In this document: positions 27,870 through 35,274 of the stretch, piece after piece | Position numbering within the stretch: position 1 is the first letter of the stretch | Layout of the letters: each line of letters begins with the position of its first letter | Position numbers and translations under genes: made by a program | Assembly: GCA_001898225.1 (NCBI GenBank) | Contig: MKTJ01000034.1 | Coordinates: 13,871 to 77,870 of the forward strand | Direction of reading: 5' to 3' | Source: Chloroflexi bacterium 54-19 | GTDB taxonomy: Bacteria; Chloroflexota; Chloroflexia; Chloroheliales; Chloroheliaceae | DNA: 64,000 nt | Notes under the pieces: generated by a model | The model's database searches: none | Told to the model about the DNA's origin: nothing | What the model saw: the letters and a program-made list of their open reading frames with translations, nothing else

Positions 27870-28084
27870 AGTTTCCCAATGATTTCTTTTTTGTCGGGCA
27901 TCACGAGCATCAACATCACATCAAATGAAAGTGGCAAAATAAAGACCTGGCCTTATTTCAGGTTGACCAGGTCTATTTTGGAACGTTTCTCCGGTTCGCG
28001 CAACGGCCAAAAGGCTGAACTTTCAGTTTCTATCTGATTTACCCCTTTAGTTCGGTTTTTTCGGACCCCCGCGCCCTTCAGGGT

Positions 28085-28103
28085 GAACGTTCAACGTTGT
28101 TTC
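28085..28103. repeat. AACGTT-N-AACGTT dispersed quasi-palindrome (copy 1)
   Basis: The sequence is GAACGTTCAACGTTGTTTC, starting 3 nt beyond the polA stop codon. The 18-mer AACGTTCAACGTTGTTTC is identical to the reverse complement of 45515-45532. Confidence 0.65.
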
Positions 28104-28105
28104 TT

Positions 28106-31100
28106 TTAACGCGGAATCTTGTAACTTTCCATGTCGCGCCAGTTAAGACCTACTTTGAGGTCGGCTTTGAGCGGCACCGAGAGTTGGACCACGCCTTCCA
28201 TGTTCCGTTTGACCAGTTCGGCCAGCACCGCCAACTCCGAGCGAGGCGCTTCAAAGACCAGTTCGTCGTGGACCTGCAACAGCAGTTTTGAGCGCAAATT
28301 CTTCTCGGCCACCTCTTTTGCCACCCGCACCATCGCTATTTTCACAATGTCGGCGGCGGTACCCTGGACCGGCATATTAATAGCCTGGCGTTCGGCGGCC
28401 TGCCGGACGACCACGTTCGAATTTTTGAGTTCTGGCATGTAGCGGCGGCGGCCCAGGATAGTCTGAACATAGCCGGTTTCGCGGGCCTGGTCGGGCGTCT
28501 GGTCGAGATAAGCCTTGATAGACGGATAGCGTTCGTTGTAGTCCTTGATAAAAGTCCCGGCCTCTTTGACCGAAAAGCCGGTGCGCTGGGCTAGACCAAA
28601 GGCGCTCAGGCCGTAGATAATCCCGAAGTTGACCGTCTTTGCCAGGCGGCGCATATCGGGGGTTACCTCATTTTCGGCTACTCCGAAGACATCCGAGGCT
28701 GTCGCGGCGTGAATATCCTTGTCGTTCTGGAAGGCATCCACCAGGCGCGGGTCCTGGGTCAGGTGTGCTAGGATACGCAACTCGATTTGGGAGTAGTCGG
28801 CGGCGAACAGAACGCTTTCCTCGTTTTTCCAGAAGCGGTGGTCCGAGAAATTGTCGGCTACAAAGGCCCGCCGGATTTCACTGCCGGCGTCGGTGCGAAT
28901 CGGAATATTTTGCAGGTTCGGGTCGCTGCTCGAAATACGCCCGGTAGCTGACCCAATCTGGTGGAAGGAGGTGTGTATCCGGCCTGTCTCCGGGTTAATC
29001 AGGAGCGGCAGGGCATCCACATAGGTTGATTTGAGCTTGCCAAAGTGGCGGAAATCGAGGATTTTGCCGACTGCCGGGTCCTGGTCGCGCAGACCTTCCA
29101 GGATTTCTTTGGTGGTCGAATATTTGCCGGTCGAGGTCTTTTTGCCGCCCGGCAGACCAAGTTTGCCAAAGAGAGCTTCGCCCAACTGGTCCGGCGAGTT
29201 GATATTGAACTTGTAACCGACCGACTCGTAAATCTCTTTTTCGAGCTGCTCCATTTTTTTGAAAAGCCCGGTCGAAATCGACTGAAGGCTCGGTACGTCC
29301 ACCGTGATACCGCATAATTCCATGGTTGCCAGGACCGGCACGAGTGGCATTTCGACTTCCACGAAAAGTTGGGCCAGACCGTCTCGCTCCAGTTGGGGTG
29401 CGAGGTCGTCCACCAGGCGCAGGGTCATGTCGGCGTCGGCCCCGGCGTACGCTACCACGTTTTCGACCGGAGCCAGGTCAATCGTGATTTGCTTCTTCCC
29501 GGTCCCGATAAGGGCCTCGATATGGGTCATTTCTTCGCCGAGCCGGTTAAAAGCCAGGTCTTTCAGCCCCGCCTTGAGCATGCCGACCAGTTGGGCCGCA
29601 ATCATCACGTCGAAATCGACGTTAATCTTAAACAGGTTTAACCCGGCCCGGTGCAAGATTTCCAGGTCGTACTTGGCGTGGTGAGCTGCCTTAAAGATTT
29701 TCTGGTCGTAAAAGACCGCTTCCAGGGCTTCGCGGGCCTCGTTCCAGTCAAGTTGGTCGGGCGCTAATTCGGTGACGCTGGCGAGATTGCCCGTCACCGG
29801 CAAGCGGTGGGCGACCGGGATATAGTAGGCTTCGCCGGGGGCCGGGGAAATGGACACGCCGACCAGTTCGGCCCGGATGGTATCCAGGGCGGTTGTTTCG
29901 GTATCGAAGGCAAACCGGCCCGTCTCCTTTATCCGGCCAATCATCCGGTCGAGGTCGGGGCGGGTGCGGACGGCCAGGTACTTCACGTTATCCGGCAGTA
30001 CCGGCGCGGGCATTTGGGGAATAACCAGGCTGTTTTTAGCGGCGGAGGCAGTAACAAGCGCTTCCGGCCCGATAGATTCGCTATCAGCGGGACTGTCGGC
30101 TGGCCGGTCCAGGTCAAACATCGACATCTGACCGCGTTGGCCCGGTTTCCAGGGTTGGACCTGGGCGGCGTTTTCGGCTTTTCCTTTGGCGGCAGGCGCG
30201 GGCGGTGCGGAAGGCGTGCCCGGGGCCGACTCGGCGGGAGATCCCGCGCTCGAAGACTGGCCGAGTTTGAGGTTATTGATTTTGGGGACCAGCGTATTAA
30301 ATTCCAGTTCGCGGAAAAGCTCAATCAACTTCTCGCGGTTGGCCTGGCCCGCTTTGGCTGTGGCAATATCGAGTTGGACCGGCACTTCGGTCACAATCGT
30401 GGCGATGCGTTTGCTCTGGTGCACCTGGTCAAGGTGGCTTCTCAGGGCTTCGGCTACTTTCGGTTTGAGGTCGTCGAGATGTTCGAGGATATTCTCGACC
30501 TTACCATAGGTTGTAATCAGGTCGGTGGCGGTCTTTTCGCCCAGGCCCGGCACGTTGGGAATATTGTCGCTTTTATCGCCCACAATCGCCTTGTAATCCG
30601 GCACAAATTCAGGACCAAAGCCGTAGCGGTCAATTACGCCCTGCACGTCATAATAGCGGGCATCGCTGAAGCGGGCGCGCGGCCCCGCTCCCGGCAGGAC
30701 GGCGCGGGTCTGGTCATTGACCAGTTGGAGTAAGTCGTTATCGCCGGTTACAATGAGGGCTTCCAGGCCGCGTTCGTTGGCCTGGCGGGCCAGTGTCCCG
30801 ATAACATCATCGGCCTCAAACCCGGCCTGTTCGTAGATGGTGATGCCGAGAGCCTCTACCACCTCGCGGATACGCCCGATCTGGTTCGCCAGGTCGTCCG
30901 GCATTTCGGCGCGATTGGCCTTATATTCGACAAATTCTTCGTGGCGGAAGGTGTGGCCGCCCTCGAAGGCCAGCACGATATAGTCGGGGGTATCACGGCG
31001 CAGCACTTCCAGGAGCATCGAGGTAAACCCGAAAGTGGCGTTGGTTAGCTCGCCTTTGCTGGTTGCCAGCCCCGATTTTATCGCGTGATAAGCCCGGAAA

Positions 31101-31195
31101 ATGATGCCGAAGCCGTCAATCAAGACCAGGCGTCCTTGCAGTTTTTCGTCCGGTTTGGGTGTATCCGCCAATTTTTCACCTGCGGTTTGTGCCAT
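28106..31195 (-). CDS. polA: DNA polymerase I (5'-3' exonuclease, 3'-5' exonuclease-like and polymerase domains)
   Basis: The 5' nuclease has LIDG..FRA.(H)A and GDKSDNIPGVPG-like strings. The polymerase motifs are DYSQIELR, R...K..NFG..YG and QVHDELVFE. ATG at 31195 is preceded by AGGAGG at 9 nt; the track start at 31219 is a TTG. Confidence 0.95.
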   Translation of the reverse strand: MAQTAGEKLADTPKPDEKLQGRLVLIDGFGIIFRAYHAIKSGLATSKGELTNATFGFTSMLLEVLRRDTPDYIVLAFEGGHTFRHEEFVEYKANRAEMPDDLANQIGRIREVVEALGITIYEQAGFEADDVIGTLARQANERGLEALIVTGDNDLLQLVNDQTRAVLPGAGPRARFSDARYYDVQGVIDRYGFGPEFVPDYKAIVGDKSDNIPNVPGLGEKTATDLITTYGKVENILEHLDDLKPKVAEALRSHLDQVHQSKRIATIVTEVPVQLDIATAKAGQANREKLIELFRELEFNTLVPKINNLKLGQSSSAGSPAESAPGTPSAPPAPAAKGKAENAAQVQPWKPGQRGQMSMFDLDRPADSPADSESIGPEALVTASAAKNSLVIPQMPAPVLPDNVKYLAVRTRPDLDRMIGRIKETGRFAFDTETTALDTIRAELVGVSISPAPGEAYYIPVAHRLPVTGNLASVTELAPDQLDWNEAREALEAVFYDQKIFKAAHHAKYDLEILHRAGLNLFKINVDFDVMIAAQLVGMLKAGLKDLAFNRLGEEMTHIEALIGTGKKQITIDLAPVENVVAYAGADADMTLRLVDDLAPQLERDGLAQLFVEVEMPLVPVLATMELCGITVDVPSLQSISTGLFKKMEQLEKEIYESVGYKFNINSPDQLGEALFGKLGLPGGKKTSTGKYSTTKEILEGLRDQDPAVGKILDFRHFGKLKSTYVDALPLLINPETGRIHTSFHQIGSATGRISSSDPNLQNIPIRTDAGSEIRRAFVADNFSDHRFWKNEESVLFAADYSQIELRILAHLTQDPRLVDAFQNDKDIHAATASDVFGVAENEVTPDMRRLAKTVNFGIIYGLSAFGLAQRTGFSVKEAGTFIKDYNERYPSIKAYLDQTPDQARETGYVQTILGRRRYMPELKNSNVVVRQAAERQAINMPVQGTAADIVKIAMVRVAKEVAEKNLRSKLLLQVHDELVFEAPRSELAVLAELVKRNMEGVVQLSVPLKADLKVGLNWRDMESYKIPR

Positions 31196-31302
31196 GTGGG
31201 TGTGCCTCCTGTAGCTCAATAACGATTGCCCGCATTATACACTAAATGATTGGCGGACCTCTTTTTATCAACATATCCCCATTTTTAGGCAATTGTGCCA
31301 AA

Positions 31303-31332
31303 TTGACTCTTTCCGCTTTATACAAGTATAAT
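31303..31332 (+). promoter_or_regulatory. Candidate sigma70-type promoter for serA
   Basis: The sequence is TTGACT-N18-TATAAT. It would give a ~175-nt leader that contains the AACGTT repeat cluster. Confidence 0.4.
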
Positions 31333-31379
31333 TTATCACAATGATTGAAGCGGGAAACGTGCCCCCAGGGGTTTTTAAG

Positions 31380-31502
31380 ACGTTGAACGTGAAAGAAGAC
31401 TCTTAATTCAGAGACAAATTAACCAGTTTGGGGATACCAGAATATTTTTGGATAATAACGTTCAACGGGTGATGGACGACATCTAACGTTCAACGTTCAA
31501 CG
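31380..31502. repeat. Cluster of AACGTT-N-AACG(TT) motifs in the serA leader
   Basis: ACGTTGAACGT lies at 31380-31390 in inverted orientation. AACGTTCAACG lies at 31457-31467. A tandem AACGTTCAACGTTCAACG at 31485-31502 abuts the serA RBS GAGGAAAG. Confidence 0.65.
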
Positions 31503-31513
31503 AGGAAAGATAA

Positions 31514-33157
31514 ATGTTTAAGGTTTTGGTAAGCGACCCTATAGCAAAAGAAGGGTTGGAACGCCTGCGCGAGGCCGGGGCGAACATTGACCTCCAGGTG
31601 GATGTTAAGACCGGGCTTCCCAAAGACGAACTCTTAAAGATTGTGGCCGCTTATGATGGTTTGATTGTCCGCAGTGAGACCAAAGTTACGGCGGAAGTAA
31701 TCCGGGCTGCGACCAACCTGAAAGTGGTTGCCAGGGCCGGGGTCGGCGTGGATAACGTGGATGTCCCGGCGGCGACCGAACGCGGTATCATCGTGGTCAA
31801 CACTCCCACCGGTAACACGATTGCCGCCTGTGAACAGGCTTTTACCCTGCTCCTGGCAACCGCCCGCAAGCTCGGTCAGGCCAACATCAGTATGAAAGCC
31901 GGGCGCTGGGACCGCAAGCAGTTCATGGGGGTGGAACTGGCCGGTAAGACCCTCGGTATCATCGGCCTGGGCCGCATCGGGACCGAACTGGCGAAACGGG
32001 CCGCTGCTTTTGGCATGACCCCGGTTGCCTACGACCCCTTCGTCCAGCCCGCCTACGCTGAGAAGCAGGGGATTATCCTGACCTCTCTCGACGAGGTTTA
32101 TCGCCGGGCCGACTTCATTTCGGTCCACTCGCCGCTCTTACCCGAAACCTTCCATATGATCGGGACAGCCGCCTTCGAGAAGATGAAGCCGGGCGTCCGC
32201 ATTATCAACGCGGCCCGCGGCGGTATTATTGACGAGGACGCCCTTTACGAAGCCCTGAAAAGCGGCAAGGTCGCAGCGGCGGGTCTCGATGTTTTCGAAA
32301 AAGAGCCGGTTGACCCCGAAAGTCCCCTGGTGAAACTGGAAAACGTGGTAGCGGCACCACACCTGGGCGCCAGCACCGAGGAAGCCCAGGTCAAAGTGGC
32401 TATTGACGCCGCCGAGTCGGTCGTGGCCGCCCTCAACGGTGAACTGGTGCCGAACGCGGTCAACCTGCCGGGTCTTAGCAGCGAGGCCCTGGCCGAACTC
32501 AAGCCTTACCTCAACCTGGCGACCAAATTGGGCCGCCTGGCGACCTCGCTTTCGGATGGTCCTATCAGCAATGTTGAAATCTGGACCCTTGGCAACGTGT
32601 TGCCCGACCACGCCCGCCTTATCAGCATGGCCGCTCAGCAGGGTCTTTTGGAAAACCAGCCCGGCCTCGATGGGCCGGTCAACCTGGTAAATGCCCGCTC
32701 AATGGCCGCCCGGAACGGTCTCGAAGTCGTCGAAAAGACCACCACCGAATCCGGTCCGTTCACCGGGCTGACTATCTCGCTGCGGGTCCAGACCGGTGGC
32801 TCCGCCAGCAACGGTGACCAGGCCTTACAACCGCTGGGTCTGCGTGTCTTCGATGGTACGGTTATCAACGGCCAGCCGCGTATCGTCAGTCTCAACGGCC
32901 TGATGGTAGACGTGGAGCCGAGCGGTTACATGCTGGTCAGCCGCCACATTGACCGCCCCGGTATGATTGGTCGGGTCGGTACGGCCCTGGGTAGCTACGG
33001 CATCAATATTGCCCGCATGGAAGTCGGCCGGCGCGAGAGAGCCGGTGAGGCGGTCATGATTCTGGCGATTGACGAGCCGGTGAACCAGGCGATTATGGAA
33101 GAGCTAAGCAAGATTGACGGCGTCGAGAATTTGCGCTTTGTCAGCCTGGGCGATTAA
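31514..33157 (+). CDS. serA: D-3-phosphoglycerate dehydrogenase (long form with ASB and ACT domains)
   Basis: 547 aa. NAD binding GIIGLGRIG and catalytic RGG..DE...L...H.G.ST.EAQ are present. The C-terminal ACT-like region reads (H.DRPG.IG.VG..LG..GINIA.M.VGR). Confidence 0.93.
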   Translation: MFKVLVSDPIAKEGLERLREAGANIDLQVDVKTGLPKDELLKIVAAYDGLIVRSETKVTAEVIRAATNLKVVARAGVGVDNVDVPAATERGIIVVNTPTGNTIAACEQAFTLLLATARKLGQANISMKAGRWDRKQFMGVELAGKTLGIIGLGRIGTELAKRAAAFGMTPVAYDPFVQPAYAEKQGIILTSLDEVYRRADFISVHSPLLPETFHMIGTAAFEKMKPGVRIINAARGGIIDEDALYEALKSGKVAAAGLDVFEKEPVDPESPLVKLENVVAAPHLGASTEEAQVKVAIDAAESVVAALNGELVPNAVNLPGLSSEALAELKPYLNLATKLGRLATSLSDGPISNVEIWTLGNVLPDHARLISMAAQQGLLENQPGLDGPVNLVNARSMAARNGLEVVEKTTTESGPFTGLTISLRVQTGGSASNGDQALQPLGLRVFDGTVINGQPRIVSLNGLMVDVEPSGYMLVSRHIDRPGMIGRVGTALGSYGINIARMEVGRRERAGEAVMILAIDEPVNQAIMEELSKIDGVENLRFVSLGD

Positions 33158-33175
33158 ATTCTTCTATTAATGTTT

Positions 33176-33210
33176 AGCGAGGATATTTTTATCTTCGCTT
33201 TTCTTTATTT
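33176..33210 (+). terminator. Rho-independent terminator after serA
   Basis: A 9-bp stem AGCGAGGAT/ATCTTCGCT (one G-U) has a 6-nt loop and is followed by TTTTCTTTATTT. It lies 19 nt after the serA stop. Confidence 0.6.
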
Positions 33211-33363
33211 ATATAAATACTTTATTTTGGGCAAATCTTCAGTCCCAATTAAAATGGGTCAACGTACTTTATTTAAAGAAGTATTAAGAAAACAACCTTT
33301 GATTTAGAATTTAAAGAGGTAAAGAATTTTATTAACCTTTTAAAATTCTTTTCACTATGACTC

Positions 33364-33392
33364 TTTACACCATGAAATTTCCAAGCTATAAT
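33364..33392 (+). promoter_or_regulatory. Near-consensus sigma70-type promoter of the AT-rich three-gene cassette
   Basis: The sequence is TTTACA (33364-33369), 17 nt, then TATAAT (33387-33392). It lies ~70 nt upstream of the first cassette ATG. Confidence 0.5.
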
Positions 33393-33462
33393 CAATTCAG
33401 GATAATTATCCGATGCCATTCGTGAATATCTGAGCAACCCAAGAAAAGGATACAATTCCCCA

Positions 33463-34209
33463 ATGGGTGAACAATATGCAAATCCTCCTTTAATTGAAGC
33501 CTTCTGTCAATTTAATTTTGAGCAAGACACTGATTGGGATGCTACAATGCCCGGTCTTGTTTTTAATCAACTAAAAGACGAAGGATTTACTAAAAAGAAG
33601 CAAGCCAACAAAATAGGTTTTGAAATCCAAGTTGTAGGGAATCAATCTAACCCACAACTTATACCCGTTGCGGATAGAGTTCAATTTTATAATGAGGAAG
33701 AAACGGCTTTATTCCAAGTTGGACCTTATTTCCTGGCAATAAATGTGTTAAAACCCTATCCTTCTTGGATTACTTTTAAGGATTTGATTAGTAAGGGTTT
33801 ACAAGCTTATCTAAATGTTACTGAAGCTAAAACTTTTAAGACCGTCTCTTTGAGATATATTAATGACTTTGAGTTTGAAGGAATAAATATTTCTCTTGAA
33901 AAAAATTTTGACTTCAGGCCTCATTTCCCCCAAGGATTTCCAGAAAATTATGGACCTTTCTTATTAGGTTCACAATTTAATTATGATGAAGGGCAAAATC
34001 AACTTCAAATACAGTTAACAACTGTAGAAAATGGTCCTGACAAGACAAAGTTAAGGCTTGATCTTGTGTATGCAACTCAGAACCTTGAAGGTCTTAAGTC
34101 TGAAGAAATATTGAACTGGTTAGAGCTTGCCCATGACCGAATCGAGTTTGGATTTGAACATTCCCTTAAAGAAGATTTAAAAAGAACATTTGGGATAAAG
34201 GAAGGTTAA
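33463..34209 (+). CDS. TIGR04255-like family protein (function unknown), cassette gene 1
   Basis: 248 aa. The N-terminal Y.NPPLIEAFCQFNF and the internal SLRYINDFEF fit my recollection of the sporadically distributed TIGR04255 family (PL.EV..E.RF ... LRYiN). The gene is low in GC. Confidence 0.65.
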   Translation: MGEQYANPPLIEAFCQFNFEQDTDWDATMPGLVFNQLKDEGFTKKKQANKIGFEIQVVGNQSNPQLIPVADRVQFYNEEETALFQVGPYFLAINVLKPYPSWITFKDLISKGLQAYLNVTEAKTFKTVSLRYINDFEFEGINISLEKNFDFRPHFPQGFPENYGPFLLGSQFNYDEGQNQLQIQLTTVENGPDKTKLRLDLVYATQNLEGLKSEEILNWLELAHDRIEFGFEHSLKEDLKRTFGIKEG

Positions 34210-34212
34210 ACT

Positions 34213-34773
34213 TTGGAGCGAAATAGCTATTTCCTTTTGGATTCTCCAAAACTCACAAATGAAGCCACAGTTTCGGAAGGTAGGACTCTGTTCAATCCAA
34301 ATAATTTTAAGAACCATAGAGGGGTTGAATTATTAAGAAATCTTGACACTTTGATTAGTGATGCAGCAATTTTAACAGGAAGAGAATCTAATATAGTACT
34401 TCAGGATTTGAGAAACGAGACAACATCGATTACCTATACAATACACCGAAAGCTTTCTGTAATAGACAAATTGAACTTTTCTTATAAAGAAAAAGAAAGG
34501 GTTATTGATTACCTAAAACAAAATACAGAACTCCTAGATTTAATTATTGAAAGTTATTCCGTGATAAGAAACCACTTTAGGTTTGACCCATTAACCCTAA
34601 AGTTACATTCCGATACGGAAACTGGGTACGAAGATTACCTTATTTTAACGATTTTAACTGGATTAAAGGCAACCGAGGCTATCAAAGAATTAGATAAGAT
34701 AGATGACGAATGGTGGCTAAATAATTTCCACCGCGCAAATGATAAACTTTCAATTGATTTGGTGTATAGATGA
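34213..34773 (+). CDS. Orphan hypothetical protein, cassette gene 2
   Basis: 186 aa. TTG start lies 3 nt after the gene 1 stop, with AAGGAAGG ~8 nt upstream. Its stop overlaps the gene 3 ATG (ATGA). I recognise no motif. Confidence 0.6.
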   Translation: MERNSYFLLDSPKLTNEATVSEGRTLFNPNNFKNHRGVELLRNLDTLISDAAILTGRESNIVLQDLRNETTSITYTIHRKLSVIDKLNFSYKEKERVIDYLKQNTELLDLIIESYSVIRNHFRFDPLTLKLHSDTETGYEDYLILTILTGLKATEAIKELDKIDDEWWLNNFHRANDKLSIDLVYR

Positions 34774-35210
34774 GTTTCGATTGGATAAATTATCTTAGTC
34801 TAGCAGAAGAGCTTTCAAAAACACCGAATGAAACGCCTAATAAAGAGGCGACATCTAGAGCCGCAATTAGTCGTGCTTATTATGCTGCTTTCAAGAAAGC
34901 AGAGGAGTTTGTTGTTAGAAGGGATGGCTTTGTAGTTCAAAAGCCAAAACCTAGAGGCAGTCGAAGCCAACAAGATAGTAACGAGGAAGAACAAAATCTG
35001 GGAAGTAGCCATGTAAGAGTAATTAGACAATTTACTAGGCAGGGTTCAAACCAATATCGTATCAAAATAGGGGTTACTTTACGAAGAATAAAACATCATC
35101 GTGAAAGTGCTGATTATGATGCTGATTATGACGGCAATATTGATGAAGCGCTAAACGAGACTTTAATTAAAGCAAAAGAAATAATTAGTAAGCTGAAAGT
35201 TGCAGTCTAA
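34770..35210 (+). CDS. HEPN-domain protein (putative RNase toxin/effector), cassette gene 3
   Basis: 146 aa. It has the N-terminal helix pair W.NYL.LAEEL...SRAAISRAYYAAFKKAEEFV, then GSSH..VI..F and LRRIKHHRESADYD (R-x4-H plus the R..ADY signature), and a C-terminal helix EAL...KAKEII.KL. This is the classic HEPN four-helix pattern. Confidence 0.7.
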   Translation: MSFDWINYLSLAEELSKTPNETPNKEATSRAAISRAYYAAFKKAEEFVVRRDGFVVQKPKPRGSRSQQDSNEEEQNLGSSHVRVIRQFTRQGSNQYRIKIGVTLRRIKHHRESADYDADYDGNIDEALNETLIKAKEIISKLKVAV

Positions 35211-35216
35211 GTAATT

Positions 35217-35259
35217 CAAGAAAAAGGCGCATTTCCCGCGAAAGGAGATGCGCCTTTTT
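35217..35259. terminator. Bidirectional intrinsic terminator between the cassette and the convergent Gly-rich protein gene
   Basis: An 11-bp stem GGCGCATTTCC/GGAGATGCGCC (one G-U) at 35226-35254 is flanked by an A-run on the left and a T-run on the right. Confidence 0.7.
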
Positions 35260-35274
35260 GTTCCTAAGAAAATC

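Noticed and set aside
28085-28099. GAACGTTCAACGTTG as a LexA/Cheo-type SOS box (GAAC-N4-GTTC) near polA.
   Set aside because: The half-sites GAAC and GTTC are directly abutted (N0) rather than spaced by 4 nt. The same motif occurs next to unrelated genes, and no register gives GAAC-N4-GTTC.
33273-33455. 60-aa minus-strand ORF in the AT-rich leader of the island.
   Set aside because: It has no RBS and overlaps the predicted cassette promoter. AT-rich DNA lacking stops in one frame by chance explains it better.
34213-34773. Cassette gene 2 as the minimal nucleotidyltransferase antitoxin expected beside a HEPN protein.
   Set aside because: I found no G-S-x(9-13)-D-x-D signature anywhere in the 186 aa. 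It is kept as an orphan instead.
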